Virus record (IMG/VR): IMGVR_UViG_3300042402_002792
Reading direction: 5' to 3' (one strand)
DNA: 64,000 nt
DNA from: a virus
Lineage: Duplodnaviria > Heunggongvirae > Uroviricota > Caudoviricetes
The notes below the pieces were generated by a model. The model was not told the origin of the DNA and did no database searches. It saw only the letters and a list, made by a program, of their open reading frames with translations. Below are positions 18,794-28,891 of the stretch, one piece after another; positions within the stretch are counted from its first letter, which is position 1, and each line of letters starts with the position of its first letter. Both the position numbers and the translations under genes were made by a program.

Positions 18794-19169
18794 AGTAGTT
18801 GATCATTATGAAAATCCCAGGAATGTCGGATCTTTTGACAAGACTGATACTAATATTGGTACTGGTATGGTTGGCGCACCTGCTTGCGGCGACGTCATGA
18901 AATTACAAATAAAGGTAAACAATGAAGGTATCATTGAGGACGCAAAATTTAAAACGTATGGGTGCGGTTCGGCAATCGCAAGTTCATCACTCATTACGGA
19001 GTGGGTCAAAGGTAAGACGTTGGATGAAGCAGGATCTATTAAGAATTCTGAAATCGCCGAACATCTTGCACTCCCCCCAGTTAAAATACATTGCTCAATT
19101 CTTGCTGAAGACGCGATCAAAGCTGCTGTAGAAGATTATAGAAAAAAACATGAATACAGTAGTCAATGA
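18777..19169 (+). CDS. iscU: Fe-S cluster scaffold IscU
   Basis: HYENPRNVG, ACGD, GCG, LPPVK, HCS. Confidence 0.97.
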   Translation: MAYSDKVVDHYENPRNVGSFDKTDTNIGTGMVGAPACGDVMKLQIKVNNEGIIEDAKFKTYGCGSAIASSSLITEWVKGKTLDEAGSIKNSEIAEHLALPPVKIHCSILAEDAIKAAVEDYRKKHEYSSQ

Positions 19170-19755
19170 TTATCTTTGGACTGACCTTTTTACAGATATA
19201 GATAATAAAAAATTATACAATACTTGCTTAATGGTAGAGCGGGCTTTATTAACATTTCTGCCATACGAAGAGGGCGATTACGGTTGTCCTACTAGTTACT
19301 ACCATAGAGCATATAATCTTTTTAGTTTTCCCTGCACTGAATTACAAAAGCTTCATTCTAACATATCTAAAGTAATGTCAACACTAGTTGATGAGCAACT
19401 TTATGTTAGATGTTGGGTAAATCTATTTAAAAATTCAAAACGGATTGATTGGCATAGTCATTTTGAACCTGAGTTCAATGCATACCACGGGTTTTATTGT
19501 GTAAACACTGAGGATATACCTTCTTATACAGAATATAATATTCCCGGGCATGACATTTTAAAAGTTGATAGCAAAAACGGGTTATTAGTGTTAGGCAAAT
19601 CAGCAGGCGATAAACATAGAAGCTCAGAGTGGCAACACGCAGATAAGTACAGAGTAACTATTGCATTTGATGCTGTCCCAGTTGATAAATTAAGACCTAG
19701 AGACGACTTTGATGGACTAATAATGCACAATTTTATTCCTTTGGCAAAATGTTAA
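19150..19755 (+). CDS. 2OG-Fe(II) oxygenase-like protein
   Basis: CWVN...WHSH...HGFYCV...HRS...RVTIAFD. Confidence 0.6.
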   Translation: MNTVVNDYLWTDLFTDIDNKKLYNTCLMVERALLTFLPYEEGDYGCPTSYYHRAYNLFSFPCTELQKLHSNISKVMSTLVDEQLYVRCWVNLFKNSKRIDWHSHFEPEFNAYHGFYCVNTEDIPSYTEYNIPGHDILKVDSKNGLLVLGKSAGDKHRSSEWQHADKYRVTIAFDAVPVDKLRPRDDFDGLIMHNFIPLAKC

Positions 19756-20069
19756 CTTTAACACCTACAGCAGCAGAAAAGATAAAAAAACAATTAGAAC
19801 GTAGAGGCAAGGGACTAGGTATTCGGATAGGTGTTAAAACTACAGGCTGCTCAGGGCTTGCCTATGTTCTTGAATATGTAGACAAAGTATTTGAAGGCGA
19901 TTGTATTTTTGAATCCAGCGGTGTACATGTTTATGTAGACGGCAAAAGTATAGCTTACATTACTGGATTAGAAATGGATTGGGTCCGCAATGGTCTCAAT
20001 GAAGGATTCGAATTCCGAAATCCAAACGAAAAAGATCGTTGTGGATGTGGCGAAAGTTTTAGAGTATGA
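19749..20069 (+). CDS. iscA: Fe-S A-type carrier IscA
   Basis: GCSGLAY, CGCGESF. Confidence 0.96.
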   Translation: MLTLTPTAAEKIKKQLERRGKGLGIRIGVKTTGCSGLAYVLEYVDKVFEGDCIFESSGVHVYVDGKSIAYITGLEMDWVRNGLNEGFEFRNPNEKDRCGCGESFRV

Positions 20070-20401
20070 ATTTTTGGTCTAGAGACGATACTAAAGAATG
20101 GATTGCTCAACTAGAGCATAGAGTTGAAGACATTGATTATTATCTACGTCGAACTGTTGACTGGTGTGAACAGAACGGTGTTTGGGATGATGATAAAGTT
20201 TTTGGATTAGCATTTGTCACTGTGCTTTGGGTATGTCACATGCGTGGCGAAGATGTAAGTCGCAAAGAAATTATTGAAATAATCGGAATCAAAGATTGGG
20301 AAGATGCTGAAGATGCTGTAATGGACTTAGGCGACCGTCTTAGTAGTGTAGATCACGAAGAAATGCTCCAAATTGTGGCAAATTCACTATATAAAGACTA
20401 G
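20066..20401 (+). CDS. Hypothetical protein (111 aa)
   Basis: ORF with ATGA coupling. Confidence 0.7.
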   Translation: MNFWSRDDTKEWIAQLEHRVEDIDYYLRRTVDWCEQNGVWDDDKVFGLAFVTVLWVCHMRGEDVSRKEIIEIIGIKDWEDAEDAVMDLGDRLSSVDHEEMLQIVANSLYKD

Positions 20402-20433
20402 ACTTTTGCCAAAATAGAGTATATAATATACTG

Positions 20434-20856
20434 GTGTCCATTACTATCGGTATGAATTCTATGAGTATGCATCTCGAAGGCCCGTGGTTAAGTACTACAG
20501 GTAAGCGTAAAGGTAAACCAAAGTTTAGAAATGCTGAAGAAGCAAGGAAGGCTAGAGATTTGGAACAAAGTTGGAAAGAGCTCCAGAAAAAATGGGGATT
20601 AGAAGCAGAAGATCGCAAGCGAAAGCAAGCTATGTCTGCACCTACTTGGTCGACTCCTAATACAGTATATAGGCGTGACACTGGTCCTAAAATCCCTAGC
20701 CTAAATGGTGGTGCAGACATGAGTCCTGCTATCAAGGCAGCACCTAAGGTCTACACCGGTACTAAGATTAAAGGTATTGGTACTATGCATAAAAGCAATG
20801 CAGTTCCCATCTTTACAGATGACGAAGCAAGAGACATTGCCAACATGCGTCGATAA
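20434..20856 (+). CDS. Hypothetical phage protein (start uncertain)
   Basis: TAGACT-17-TATAAT promoter upstream; C-terminal YTG..GIGTMHKSNAVP motif. Confidence 0.7.
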   Translation: MSITIGMNSMSMHLEGPWLSTTGKRKGKPKFRNAEEARKARDLEQSWKELQKKWGLEAEDRKRKQAMSAPTWSTPNTVYRRDTGPKIPSLNGGADMSPAIKAAPKVYTGTKIKGIGTMHKSNAVPIFTDDEARDIANMRR

Positions 20857-20887
20857 TATTTTTAACATCCCGCGTAAAGGAGGAAAA

Positions 20888-21421
20888 ATGATACGCACTA
20901 TAATCAAAGTTGTTCTTGTCTGCCTCGGTCTAGCTGTTGCTGGATGGATTGGCTACAAGGTAGTGAAATTTAAGTTAGATGGTAGCAAGGAAATTAATAT
21001 CAAAATGAGTGCTGTTACCGCAGAAGTTCGTAACAAGCAGTTAGAATGTCTTGCTCGTAATATCTACTATGAAGCAAAAGGTGAACCTTTTGAAGGAAAA
21101 GTTGCAGTAGCACAGGTAACTATTAATCGAATGGAAAGTGGTTTGTTTCCTAACGACCTATGTAAAGTGGTTTATCAAAAGAACATAGTCTATGACAAAG
21201 TTCTTTGTCAGTTTAGTTGGTACTGTGAAGGACCTGCCAAAATACCGCCTAAGCATACAGCCGCTTATCGTGAAAGCGAAATTGTAGCTAGACAAGTTTT
21301 GTTAGAAGGGTTTCGACTACCTAGCCTAACTAAGGCGTTATATTTTCACGCTAAACATATTAACCCAAAATGGGATCGTGAGAAGGTAGCAGTAATTGGC
21401 GGACATATTTTTTATAGATAA
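20888..21421 (+). CDS. Cell wall hydrolase (SleB/Hydrolase_2), N-terminal membrane anchor
   Basis: CLARNIYYEAKGE...GKVAVAQVTINR...QFSW...LYFHA...IGGHIFY; start at ATG 20888 after AGGA. Confidence 0.9.
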   Translation: MIRTIIKVVLVCLGLAVAGWIGYKVVKFKLDGSKEINIKMSAVTAEVRNKQLECLARNIYYEAKGEPFEGKVAVAQVTINRMESGLFPNDLCKVVYQKNIVYDKVLCQFSWYCEGPAKIPPKHTAAYRESEIVARQVLLEGFRLPSLTKALYFHAKHINPKWDREKVAVIGGHIFYR

Positions 21422-21430
21422 GGAGATAGT

Positions 21431-21754
21431 ATGACTTTTGCATCATTGCGTGAATTAGTAAATGTTAAAAGAATGGCTGACAGTATTCGTGAGAATATTG
21501 GACATCTTAGTGCAGAAACATTAGGTTGGATTGCTGTAATTTTAGTGCATATGGCTACTATTCCTACATTAGTGGCTGTACTAACTGGACTTACAGAAAA
21601 ATTACCGCCAGTTGATCTAGTTGGATTAATTTGGCTAGGGTTGTTCTTTTTCTTTGTAAGAAGCGTTATTGCCAAAGATCTGCTTAATATTATTACTATT
21701 GGATTTGGATTCTTTGTACAGGCTATGCTTTGTGCATTGATCATTTTCAAATAA
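21431..21754 (+). CDS. Multi-pass membrane protein
   Basis: 3-4 hydrophobic segments; AGGAG SD. Confidence 0.75.
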   Translation: MTFASLRELVNVKRMADSIRENIGHLSAETLGWIAVILVHMATIPTLVAVLTGLTEKLPPVDLVGLIWLGLFFFFVRSVIAKDLLNIITIGFGFFVQAMLCALIIFK

Positions 21755-21757
21755 AGC

Positions 21758-21797
21758 AAAGTTCCTATAGTAAGGTATTATTATAGGAGCTTTTTTT
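21758..21797 (+). terminator. Intrinsic terminator
   Basis: AAAGTTCCTATA...TATAGGAGCTTTTTTT. Confidence 0.7.
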
Positions 21798-21812
21798 CCA
21801 TAAATATTTGTT

Positions 21813-23204
21813 ATGAAAATTACGTTGGCTGATAAATTTATCGCCTGGCTTACACTAATTTGTGGTCTGTCACTAAGTGCTGTAGCAATCTATTACTCTG
21901 TAGCTGGATTGGTTAGTATTTTTGCCGCCGCAGTTGTTCCTATTATCATTATGGGTGCAGTTCTAGAAATTAGCAAGCTGGTAGCGACTGTATGGTTAAA
22001 ACAGAACTGGTTTGTTGCTCCTCGAGCAATCAAAGCCTATTTGCTTGCGGCCATTGCCCTATTAATGTTTATTACATCGATGGGTATCTTTGGTTACTTG
22101 TCAAAGGCTCACACTGATCAAAGTTTAGTCAGTGGCGATGTTCAAAGTAAGATTGCTCTTTACGACGAAAAGATTAAGACTGAACGGGAGAACATAGATG
22201 CTTCAAGACGTGCTCTTAAACAAATGGACGAAGCTGTGGACCAAACTATGTCTCGCACTGATTCGGAAAGAGGAGCAGAACGAGCTGTACAAATTAGGCG
22301 TCAACAACAAGCAGAGCGAGCTAGACTCCAAAAAGATATTGCTACTGCACAGAGCAACATTAGTAAACTTACCGAAGAACGATCACCTATTGCTGCCGAA
22401 GTCCGTAAAGTTGAAGCAGAAGTCGGGCCAATCAAGTACATAGCTAAACTTATCTACGGTGATAATCCCGATGCTAATCTTTTAGAAAAAGCAGTAACCT
22501 GGGTCATCATTATGATTGTTGTTGTATTTGATCCGTTGGCTGTTATTATGTTGTTGGCCAGTCAATATAGTTTTCAATGGTTTAAAAAACAAGAAGAAGA
22601 ACATCCACCTTACTATGTTGCTGACGTAGGAGAAAAACCTACACCTGACGAACTAGAAGATGATGGAGTATGTGAACCTTGCCCAAAATGTGGAACGTCA
22701 ATGTTAGACGCACCTGGCATTGGCGTATTTTGTCCAAATAAAGCGTGTGATGTATTAGACGGCCCAAAAAGTTATCTAGCTGAACAAGAAGATAAAGATG
22801 CAGTATGGCCGTTTCCTACATACGATGAGATAACCCCAAAAGAAAACCCCACAACTCATCATCCTGACACACATCCATATTTGCGTGAAGGTTTTAAATA
22901 TCCGCCCGGATGGATGTTTCAACCACCGTTAGTTGGTAAAATTGAAGAACCTAAACCAATTACTAATGAAGAAATTGATGCCCAACTAGATAAGGATTTG
23001 AATGATGATATAGAGTTAAGCGATGAAGAGAAAGAGGCTAGACGCCGCTGGAAGGAAGATCATCCTGATTCGACTATTAAGCAACAAGAATATCTTAAAG
23101 ATGTAGGTAGAATTGATAAGTTACCCTGGGAAGACGAATCAAAAAAAAAGAGCAAGTACATAGTCAAGGAAGACAATCATCAAGTCAAGAAGACAAAGGA
23201 TTAA
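21813..23204 (+). CDS. Membrane-anchored coiled-coil protein with Zn-ribbon (463 aa; -1 frameshift variant 485 aa)
   Basis: 3 N-terminal TMs, long coiled coil, TM, CPKC..CPNKAC; TCA AAA AAA AAG at 23139-23150. Confidence 0.8.
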   Translation: MKITLADKFIAWLTLICGLSLSAVAIYYSVAGLVSIFAAAVVPIIIMGAVLEISKLVATVWLKQNWFVAPRAIKAYLLAAIALLMFITSMGIFGYLSKAHTDQSLVSGDVQSKIALYDEKIKTERENIDASRRALKQMDEAVDQTMSRTDSERGAERAVQIRRQQQAERARLQKDIATAQSNISKLTEERSPIAAEVRKVEAEVGPIKYIAKLIYGDNPDANLLEKAVTWVIIMIVVVFDPLAVIMLLASQYSFQWFKKQEEEHPPYYVADVGEKPTPDELEDDGVCEPCPKCGTSMLDAPGIGVFCPNKACDVLDGPKSYLAEQEDKDAVWPFPTYDEITPKENPTTHHPDTHPYLREGFKYPPGWMFQPPLVGKIEEPKPITNEEIDAQLDKDLNDDIELSDEEKEARRRWKEDHPDSTIKQQEYLKDVGRIDKLPWEDESKKKSKYIVKEDNHQVKKTKD

Positions 23205-23273
23205 CCTACATTCAAAATGCTGAACAAGATTCTAAATCATTGTGGCAGAGAATTAATAAGAATAAGTAAATTT

Positions 23274-23684
23274 ATGAATCTTGGTAAAATTAATTTAATT
23301 ACTCCCCCGGATAAGTTGTTTAATTTAAATCCGGGGATTTTACTGATTAAGCCTAGTGTTAAAGTTAAAATGCACTTTCAACAATTGCTTAGTCAAGTTG
23401 ACGAAGATATCAATGTTTATATTTTTGATACAGACGAAACAAATACTGAATGGATGTTGAGTGTATGTCAACAAGCTGACATAATTATTATTGATATCGA
23501 TAATTGCGATGCAGTTACTAAATCATTTGTAAGTTTTATGTTGGCACAACCAAATGTACATTACTTAACTAGTGACGAAAACACTCCATACAATCTAATC
23601 AGTAGAAACAGAATATATAATCTAGACTGGATACTAGATACACTAAAGGAAGATGACGAGGAAGATGATGCAACAGAAGATTAA
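23274..23684 (+). CDS. Hypothetical protein
   Basis: In frame with track ORF 23217; ATG 23274 follows the stop of the frameshifted product. Confidence 0.7.
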   Translation: MNLGKINLITPPDKLFNLNPGILLIKPSVKVKMHFQQLLSQVDEDINVYIFDTDETNTEWMLSVCQQADIIIIDIDNCDAVTKSFVSFMLAQPNVHYLTSDENTPYNLISRNRIYNLDWILDTLKEDDEEDDATED

Positions 23685-23898
23685 AGGCACAGCAGTTATT
23701 TTAAAAGAAGGCGAGGACGTTCATCGTGCTTTACGCCGTTTCAAAAATAAAGTAGAAGACTCCGGAGTGCTCAAAACACTTCAAAAGACAGAGTTTTATG
23801 AAAAGCCCACTACAGAACGTAAACGTAAAAAAGCGGCTGCGGTAGCTCGCTACCAAAAAAAGATGGAAAAAGAACAATTACCTAAAAAAATGTATTGA
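23668..23898 (+). CDS. rpsU: Ribosomal protein bS21
   Basis: [14 protein letters not shown]...[13 protein letters not shown]. Confidence 0.92.
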   Translation: MQQKIKGTAVILKEGEDVHRALRRFKNKVEDSGVLKTLQKTEFYEKPTTERKRKKAAAVARYQKKMEKEQLPKKMY

Positions 23899-23923
23899 CA
23901 CGCATTCATAATTACTGTATAAT
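23895..23923 (+). promoter_or_regulatory. Consensus sigma70 promoter
   Basis: TTGACA-17-TATAAT; ATG at 23930. Confidence 0.85.
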
Positions 23924-23929
23924 ATGAGA

Positions 23930-24505
23930 ATGAATACAGACATTATGATTGACCTCGAAACGTTAGATACTGGTCCTAACGCAACTATTCTCACTATCGG
24001 AGCAGTTAAATTTGATCCGTTTGGTGACGACATTAAAGAACCCAGCAGTGAAAAGTTCTATGTAAGAGTAGATCTGGATAGCTGTAACGAGCTAAAGCTT
24101 GACGTTAGTAACGATACTATCGATTGGTGGAGTCGCCAAAGTAAAGAAGCACAAGAAGAAGCATTCAGTACTGATGGTAGAATTCATATTAGAGAAGCAA
24201 TGAATCAACTTTACAGTTTTTGTTGGGGTGCTAAACGTGTATGGAGTCACGGTGCAGCTTTTGATATTGTGATTTGCGAAAATGTTTTTAAGAAACTACA
24301 AAAAGCAGTACCGTGGACTTACTGGCAAGTTCGGTGTACTAGAACTTTGTTCGACATCGGAATTAATCCAGAAAGACCTCCGGTACTCAAACATCATGCT
24401 CTCGAAGACGCATGGAATCAAGCAGTAGGTGTTCAAAATACTTACAAGAAGTTAAGGACTGCTAGCGGCATTGATGGTCAACTTTTTAACCCATTAGCAA
24501 GATGA
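23930..24505 (+). CDS. DEDDh 3'-5' exonuclease (Rv2179c/DUF5051-like)
   Basis: IMIDLET, FDIVI, RCTRT, HHALEDA. Confidence 0.85.
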   Translation: MNTDIMIDLETLDTGPNATILTIGAVKFDPFGDDIKEPSSEKFYVRVDLDSCNELKLDVSNDTIDWWSRQSKEAQEEAFSTDGRIHIREAMNQLYSFCWGAKRVWSHGAAFDIVICENVFKKLQKAVPWTYWQVRCTRTLFDIGINPERPPVLKHHALEDAWNQAVGVQNTYKKLRTASGIDGQLFNPLAR

Positions 24506-25521
24506 GAATCGAAGACGAAATTAAATTAGATTTTAAGGATGTATTAATCCGTCCTAAGCGATCAACACTGTCTACTCGCAAAGCAGTAGATCTGTTTAGA
24601 ACATACAAATTTAAACATAGTCAAACAGAATGGACTGGAGTTCCTATTATGTCTGCCAACATGGATGGGGTTGGCACATTAGAAATGGCGCAGACATTAT
24701 GGGACCATCGTATGTTTACCTGTTTAGTAAAGTCTTATAACGAAGATGACTTATCCGATCTAGCAACAAAGATTGGCGGCAATTATTTTGCTGTTAGTAC
24801 AGGCACCAGTGACAGTGAGTTTTTAAAATTACGTCGGATCATTAATGCTTATCCAGAAATACATTTTATCTGTATTGATGTAGCAAACGGCTATCAAGAA
24901 CGTTTCGGTGACTTTGTACAAAAGGTGCGCCAAACATTTCCGCATTGTACAATTATTGCAGGTAATGTTGTTACCGCAGACATGACACAGGAGTTAATTT
25001 TACGTGGCGCAGATATTATTAAAGTTGGCATTGGGCCTGGGAGTGTTTGTACTACTAGGATTCAGACTGGCGTGGGATATCCTCAACTTAGTGCAATCAT
25101 TGAGTGCGCCGACGCCGCTCACGGTCTTGGCGGCCACATTATTGCTGATGGCGGATGTACTTGTCCTGGAGATGTTGCGAAGGCTTTTGGTGCAGGCGCT
25201 GACTTCGTAATGCTAGGCGGTATGCTAGCAGGGCACGACGAAGGCGGCGGCACTGTTGAGGACGGCAAAATTACATTCTATGGTATGAGCTCAGACACTG
25301 CTATGGAAAAGCATCATGGCGGAGTAGCTGAATATCGTTCATCAGAAGGTCGAACTGTAACTGTACCCTATAGAGGTGCAGTAAAGAACACTGTTTTAGA
25401 TATTTTAGGCGGGCTACGCTCAACTTGCACTTACGTTGGGGCAGCTAGTTTAAAACAATTATCTAAATGTACAACATTTATCCGCGTCAATAGACAAATA
25501 AACGACGTTTTTCTGAGATAA
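24502..25521 (+). CDS. guaC: GMP reductase
   Basis: [35 protein letters not shown]. Confidence 0.96.
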   Translation: MRIEDEIKLDFKDVLIRPKRSTLSTRKAVDLFRTYKFKHSQTEWTGVPIMSANMDGVGTLEMAQTLWDHRMFTCLVKSYNEDDLSDLATKIGGNYFAVSTGTSDSEFLKLRRIINAYPEIHFICIDVANGYQERFGDFVQKVRQTFPHCTIIAGNVVTADMTQELILRGADIIKVGIGPGSVCTTRIQTGVGYPQLSAIIECADAAHGLGGHIIADGGCTCPGDVAKAFGAGADFVMLGGMLAGHDEGGGTVEDGKITFYGMSSDTAMEKHHGGVAEYRSSEGRTVTVPYRGAVKNTVLDILGGLRSTCTYVGAASLKQLSKCTTFIRVNRQINDVFLR

Positions 25522-25572
25522 ATAAATTTGTAAAACGCTTCGGGTTTTACAAGGGGCATGAGCCCAAAACTA

Positions 25573-25590
25573 TCTTGCTTTTTAAGGAGA
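25573..25590 (+). promoter_or_regulatory. ROSE-like RNA thermometer hairpin (dnaK)
   Basis: TCTTGCT-TTTTA-AGGAGA pairing the SD with a bulged G. Confidence 0.6.
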
Positions 25591-25595
25591 AATAT

Positions 25596-27479
25596 ATGAG
25601 CAAAGTAATCGGTATCGATTTAGGTACAACAAATTCGTGCGTAGCCATTATTGAAAATGGCACAACTAAAGTAATTGAAAACTCTGAAGGCGCACGTACA
25701 ACTCCAAGTATTGTAGCTTACGCAAATGAAGAAATCCTTGTAGGAGCTTCAGCAAAACGTCAAGCAGTAACAAACCCCAAAAACACTATCTACGCAAGTA
25801 AGCGACTAATTGGACGAAAGTTCAAAGAACAGGCTGTGCAAAAAGATATTGATCTTATGCCATACGAGATTATGGAAGCTAAAAACGGTGACGCATGGGT
25901 TCGTGCTAACGGCAAGGAATTAGCTCCTCCACAGATTTCGGCAGAAGTTCTTCGCAAAATGAAAAAGACTGCTGAGGACTATCTCGGTCATGAAGTTACA
26001 CAAGCTGTAATTACAGTACCTGCTTACTTTAATGATCAGCAACGTCAAGCAACTAAGGATGCAGGACAAATTTCTGGTCTTGAAGTATTGCGTATTATTA
26101 ACGAACCAACCGCAGCCGCTTTAGCCTATGGTGTAGACAAAACAGACAAGAAAGATCGTAAGATTGCTGTGTATGACCTAGGTGGTGGTACATTTGACGT
26201 ATCAATTATTGAAATTGCCAACGTTGATGGCGACAAACAAATTGAAGTATTGTCTACAAACGGTGACACATTCTTAGGTGGTGAAGACTTTGATCAACGC
26301 ATTATGGATTTCTTAGTAGAAGAATTCAAGAAAGAACAAGGCATTGATCTTACCAAAGACATGCTAGCATTACAACGTCTTAAAGATGCCGCTGAGAAAG
26401 CAAAAATCGAACTGTCAAGCAGTGCCCAAACAGATGTTAACTTGCCCTACATCACAGCAGACGCTAGCGGTCCTAAGCACCTTGTAGTTAAACTTACTCG
26501 TGCTAAGTTAGAAAGCCTTGTAGACGAATTAATCCAGCGTAGTATTAAGCCATGTAAGGTTGCTATGTTAGATGCTAAAGTAACTGCTGACGATATAGAC
26601 GAGGTTATCCTTGTAGGCGGTATGACTCGTATGCCTAAAGTACAAGAAGCTGTTGAGCAATTGTTTGGCAAGGCACCCCGCAAGGATGTTAATCCAGATG
26701 AAGCAGTGGCAGCAGGTGCGGCAATTCAGGGTGCTGTTCTAGCTGGTGACCGTAGCGATGTTCTGTTGTTAGATGTTACACCATTAAGCCTAGGTATTGA
26801 AACTATGGGCGGCATTATGGCCAAGTTAATCAACAAGAATACAACTATTCCTACAAAACATAGTCAAACTTTTTCAACAGCCGATGACAATCAACCAGCT
26901 GTTACAATTAAAGTGTTCCAAGGTGAACGTGAACTAGTTCAGCATAACAAGCTGTTAGGCGAATTCAACTTAGAAGGAATCGCGCCAGCACCTCGAGGCA
27001 TGCCACAGATTGAAGTTAGTCTTGATATCGATGCCAACGGCATTATGCATGTCAGTGCTAAGGACAAGAACACTGGAAAAGAAAACAAGATCACTATTAA
27101 GAGTGACAGCGGACTTAGCAAAGAAGAAATCGATCGTATGATTCAAGAAGCTGAGACCAATGCTGAAGACGACAAGAAAAAGCGTGAAGAAATTGAAACA
27201 CGTAATATGGTAGATGCACAGATTCATAGTATCCGTAAGGATATGACTGAAGTGGCAGATGCAATTAGTCAAGAAGAAAAAGACAAAATTGAGACTGCTA
27301 TCACAGATCTTGAAACTGCTGTTTTGGAAAACGATAAGGATAAGATTACTCAAAAAATCAGCGACCTTATTGCTGCCACTGAACCAGTACAAAAAGCCAA
27401 AGCTGCCAAAGCCAACGAACCAAAAGTTGATGATGGCTTTACTGAAGCTGAAGTTAAAGAAGTTAAAGATCCAGTTTAA
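25596..27479 (+). CDS. dnaK: Chaperone DnaK (Hsp70)
   Basis: [32 protein letters not shown]; start after AGGAG. Confidence 0.98.
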   Translation: MSKVIGIDLGTTNSCVAIIENGTTKVIENSEGARTTPSIVAYANEEILVGASAKRQAVTNPKNTIYASKRLIGRKFKEQAVQKDIDLMPYEIMEAKNGDAWVRANGKELAPPQISAEVLRKMKKTAEDYLGHEVTQAVITVPAYFNDQQRQATKDAGQISGLEVLRIINEPTAAALAYGVDKTDKKDRKIAVYDLGGGTFDVSIIEIANVDGDKQIEVLSTNGDTFLGGEDFDQRIMDFLVEEFKKEQGIDLTKDMLALQRLKDAAEKAKIELSSSAQTDVNLPYITADASGPKHLVVKLTRAKLESLVDELIQRSIKPCKVAMLDAKVTADDIDEVILVGGMTRMPKVQEAVEQLFGKAPRKDVNPDEAVAAGAAIQGAVLAGDRSDVLLLDVTPLSLGIETMGGIMAKLINKNTTIPTKHSQTFSTADDNQPAVTIKVFQGERELVQHNKLLGEFNLEGIAPAPRGMPQIEVSLDIDANGIMHVSAKDKNTGKENKITIKSDSGLSKEEIDRMIQEAETNAEDDKKKREEIETRNMVDAQIHSIRKDMTEVADAISQEEKDKIETAITDLETAVLENDKDKITQKISDLIAATEPVQKAKAAKANEPKVDDGFTEAEVKEVKDPV

Positions 27480-27530
27480 CACAGACACAGTTATTATATT
27501 AAGGGGTGCTCAGGTGAGGCCCCTAACAAT

Positions 27531-27549
27531 TCTTGCTTATTAAAGGAGA
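27531..27549 (+). promoter_or_regulatory. ROSE-like RNA thermometer hairpin (hsp20)
   Basis: TCTTGCT-TATTAA-AGGAGA, preceded by GC-rich hairpin AGGGG...CCCT. Confidence 0.65.
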
Positions 27550-27556
27550 ACTTAAA

Positions 27557-27997
27557 ATGACAACATTAACAAGATTTGACACACAAAGCCTAGCCAAGGC
27601 TCTAGTTGGCTTTGATCGAATGTTTGATACTTTCGAACATAGATTTGCTAATCAACTAGCAACTAATTATCCACCCCATAACGTTATTAAAACTGACGAT
27701 ACCCATTATGTTATCGAAATTGCAGTAGCCGGTTTCAAACGTAACGAAATTGCTGTTGAAGTTGAACAGGATATTTTAACTGTTCGCGGAGCCAGCGACA
27801 CATTAAATGAATCAGTAACTCGTCAGTATCTTCATAGAGGTCTAAGTAGCAGAGACTTTGAACGTAGCTGGCAACTTGCTGAGCATATGGTAGTCAAGGG
27901 TGCTGAAATTCGAGACGGTGTACTCACAATCAATCTTGAGTATGTGATTCCGGAAGAAAAGAAGGCACGTATCATTGACGTTGTAGAGGTTAAGTAA
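27557..27997 (+). CDS. Small heat-shock protein Hsp20 (IbpA-like)
   Basis: GFD, NYPPHN, AVAGF, YLHRG, GVLTI. Confidence 0.95.
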   Translation: MTTLTRFDTQSLAKALVGFDRMFDTFEHRFANQLATNYPPHNVIKTDDTHYVIEIAVAGFKRNEIAVEVEQDILTVRGASDTLNESVTRQYLHRGLSSRDFERSWQLAEHMVVKGAEIRDGVLTINLEYVIPEEKKARIIDVVEVK

Positions 27998-28043
27998 TAT
28001 AATAGAGGGAAGGAAACTTCCCTCACTTCCATGGAGAAATAAA

Positions 28044-28346
28044 ATGGCAGCTACTGATATCGTATTAGACGAAAAAATCAAACAAAAAATTGAAGAACCT
28101 AAAAAATGGAAGGTTATTCTATTAAATGACGATCATACTCCGATGGATTTTGTAATTGGAGTACTTACTGAAATCTTTAGACACACTCAAGAAACAGCTA
28201 AAGATATCACAATAAAGATACATACAGAAGGCAGCGGAATTGCTGGCGTTTATAGCTATGAGATTGCTGAAGTAAAATCTGTAGAAACTGTAAACCTTGC
28301 TCGTTCAAATGGATTTCCTCTGCAAATCAAAATGGAGGAAGAATGA
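28044..28346 (+). CDS. clpS: ClpS adaptor
   Basis: KVILLNDDHTPMDFV...IHTEG..IAGVY...FPL. Confidence 0.95.
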   Translation: MAATDIVLDEKIKQKIEEPKKWKVILLNDDHTPMDFVIGVLTEIFRHTQETAKDITIKIHTEGSGIAGVYSYEIAEVKSVETVNLARSNGFPLQIKMEEE

Positions 28347-28891
28347 GTTTAAAAGAGCTCACACACGAACAGCACAGAACAGCCGAGACACAACCTTTTG
28401 TCAAGGTATTATTTTCTGGCAAGATAGATCCAAAGATTTATGCTATCTATCTTTTTAATCAACACAGAATGTATGACGTATTAGAAGCCTGCGCTATGAT
28501 GCACGGGCTTCTAAACGATTATCCTACAATTCGAAGAAGTCCAAATATTTTTTCAGATTTTGAAGAATTATGGGAAGACAAAAACAGTCGTCCCAACATA
28601 TTACCTTCAACCGATCGTTACATCAAATATGTAATGTCGATTAAAGATGATCCTAAAAAGTTGTTGGCACACTTATATGTTAGGCACTTTGGAGACCTAA
28701 GCGGCGGACAAATGATAGCCAAACGTGTTCCAGGAAACGGTAAGTATTATCAATTCGATGGTGACACTGATCAAATCAAAAATATACTTAGACAAAAATT
28801 AGATGATAGTCTGGCAGACGAAGCTCGTGTTTGCTTTCAATATGCTACTGAATTTTTTCAAGACATGATGAGTGTAGTAGATGCAAAGTAA
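28343..28891 (+). CDS. hemO: Heme oxygenase
   Basis: LKELTHEQH, AHLYVRHFGDLSGGQ. Confidence 0.92.
   Translation: MSLKELTHEQHRTAETQPFVKVLFSGKIDPKIYAIYLFNQHRMYDVLEACAMMHGLLNDYPTIRRSPNIFSDFEELWEDKNSRPNILPSTDRYIKYVMSIKDDPKKLLAHLYVRHFGDLSGGQMIAKRVPGNGKYYQFDGDTDQIKNILRQKLDDSLADEARVCFQYATEFFQDMMSVVDAK

Noticed and set aside
23853-23885. A_AAA_AAG in rpsU (CAA AAA AAG)
   Set aside because: The -1 frame closes after about 8 codons and bS21 is complete in frame 0
25500-25595. Sigma32 or CIRCE control of dnaK
   Set aside because: No CTTGAA/CCCCAT or CIRCE repeat seen; only TAAATA and the ROSE-like hairpin
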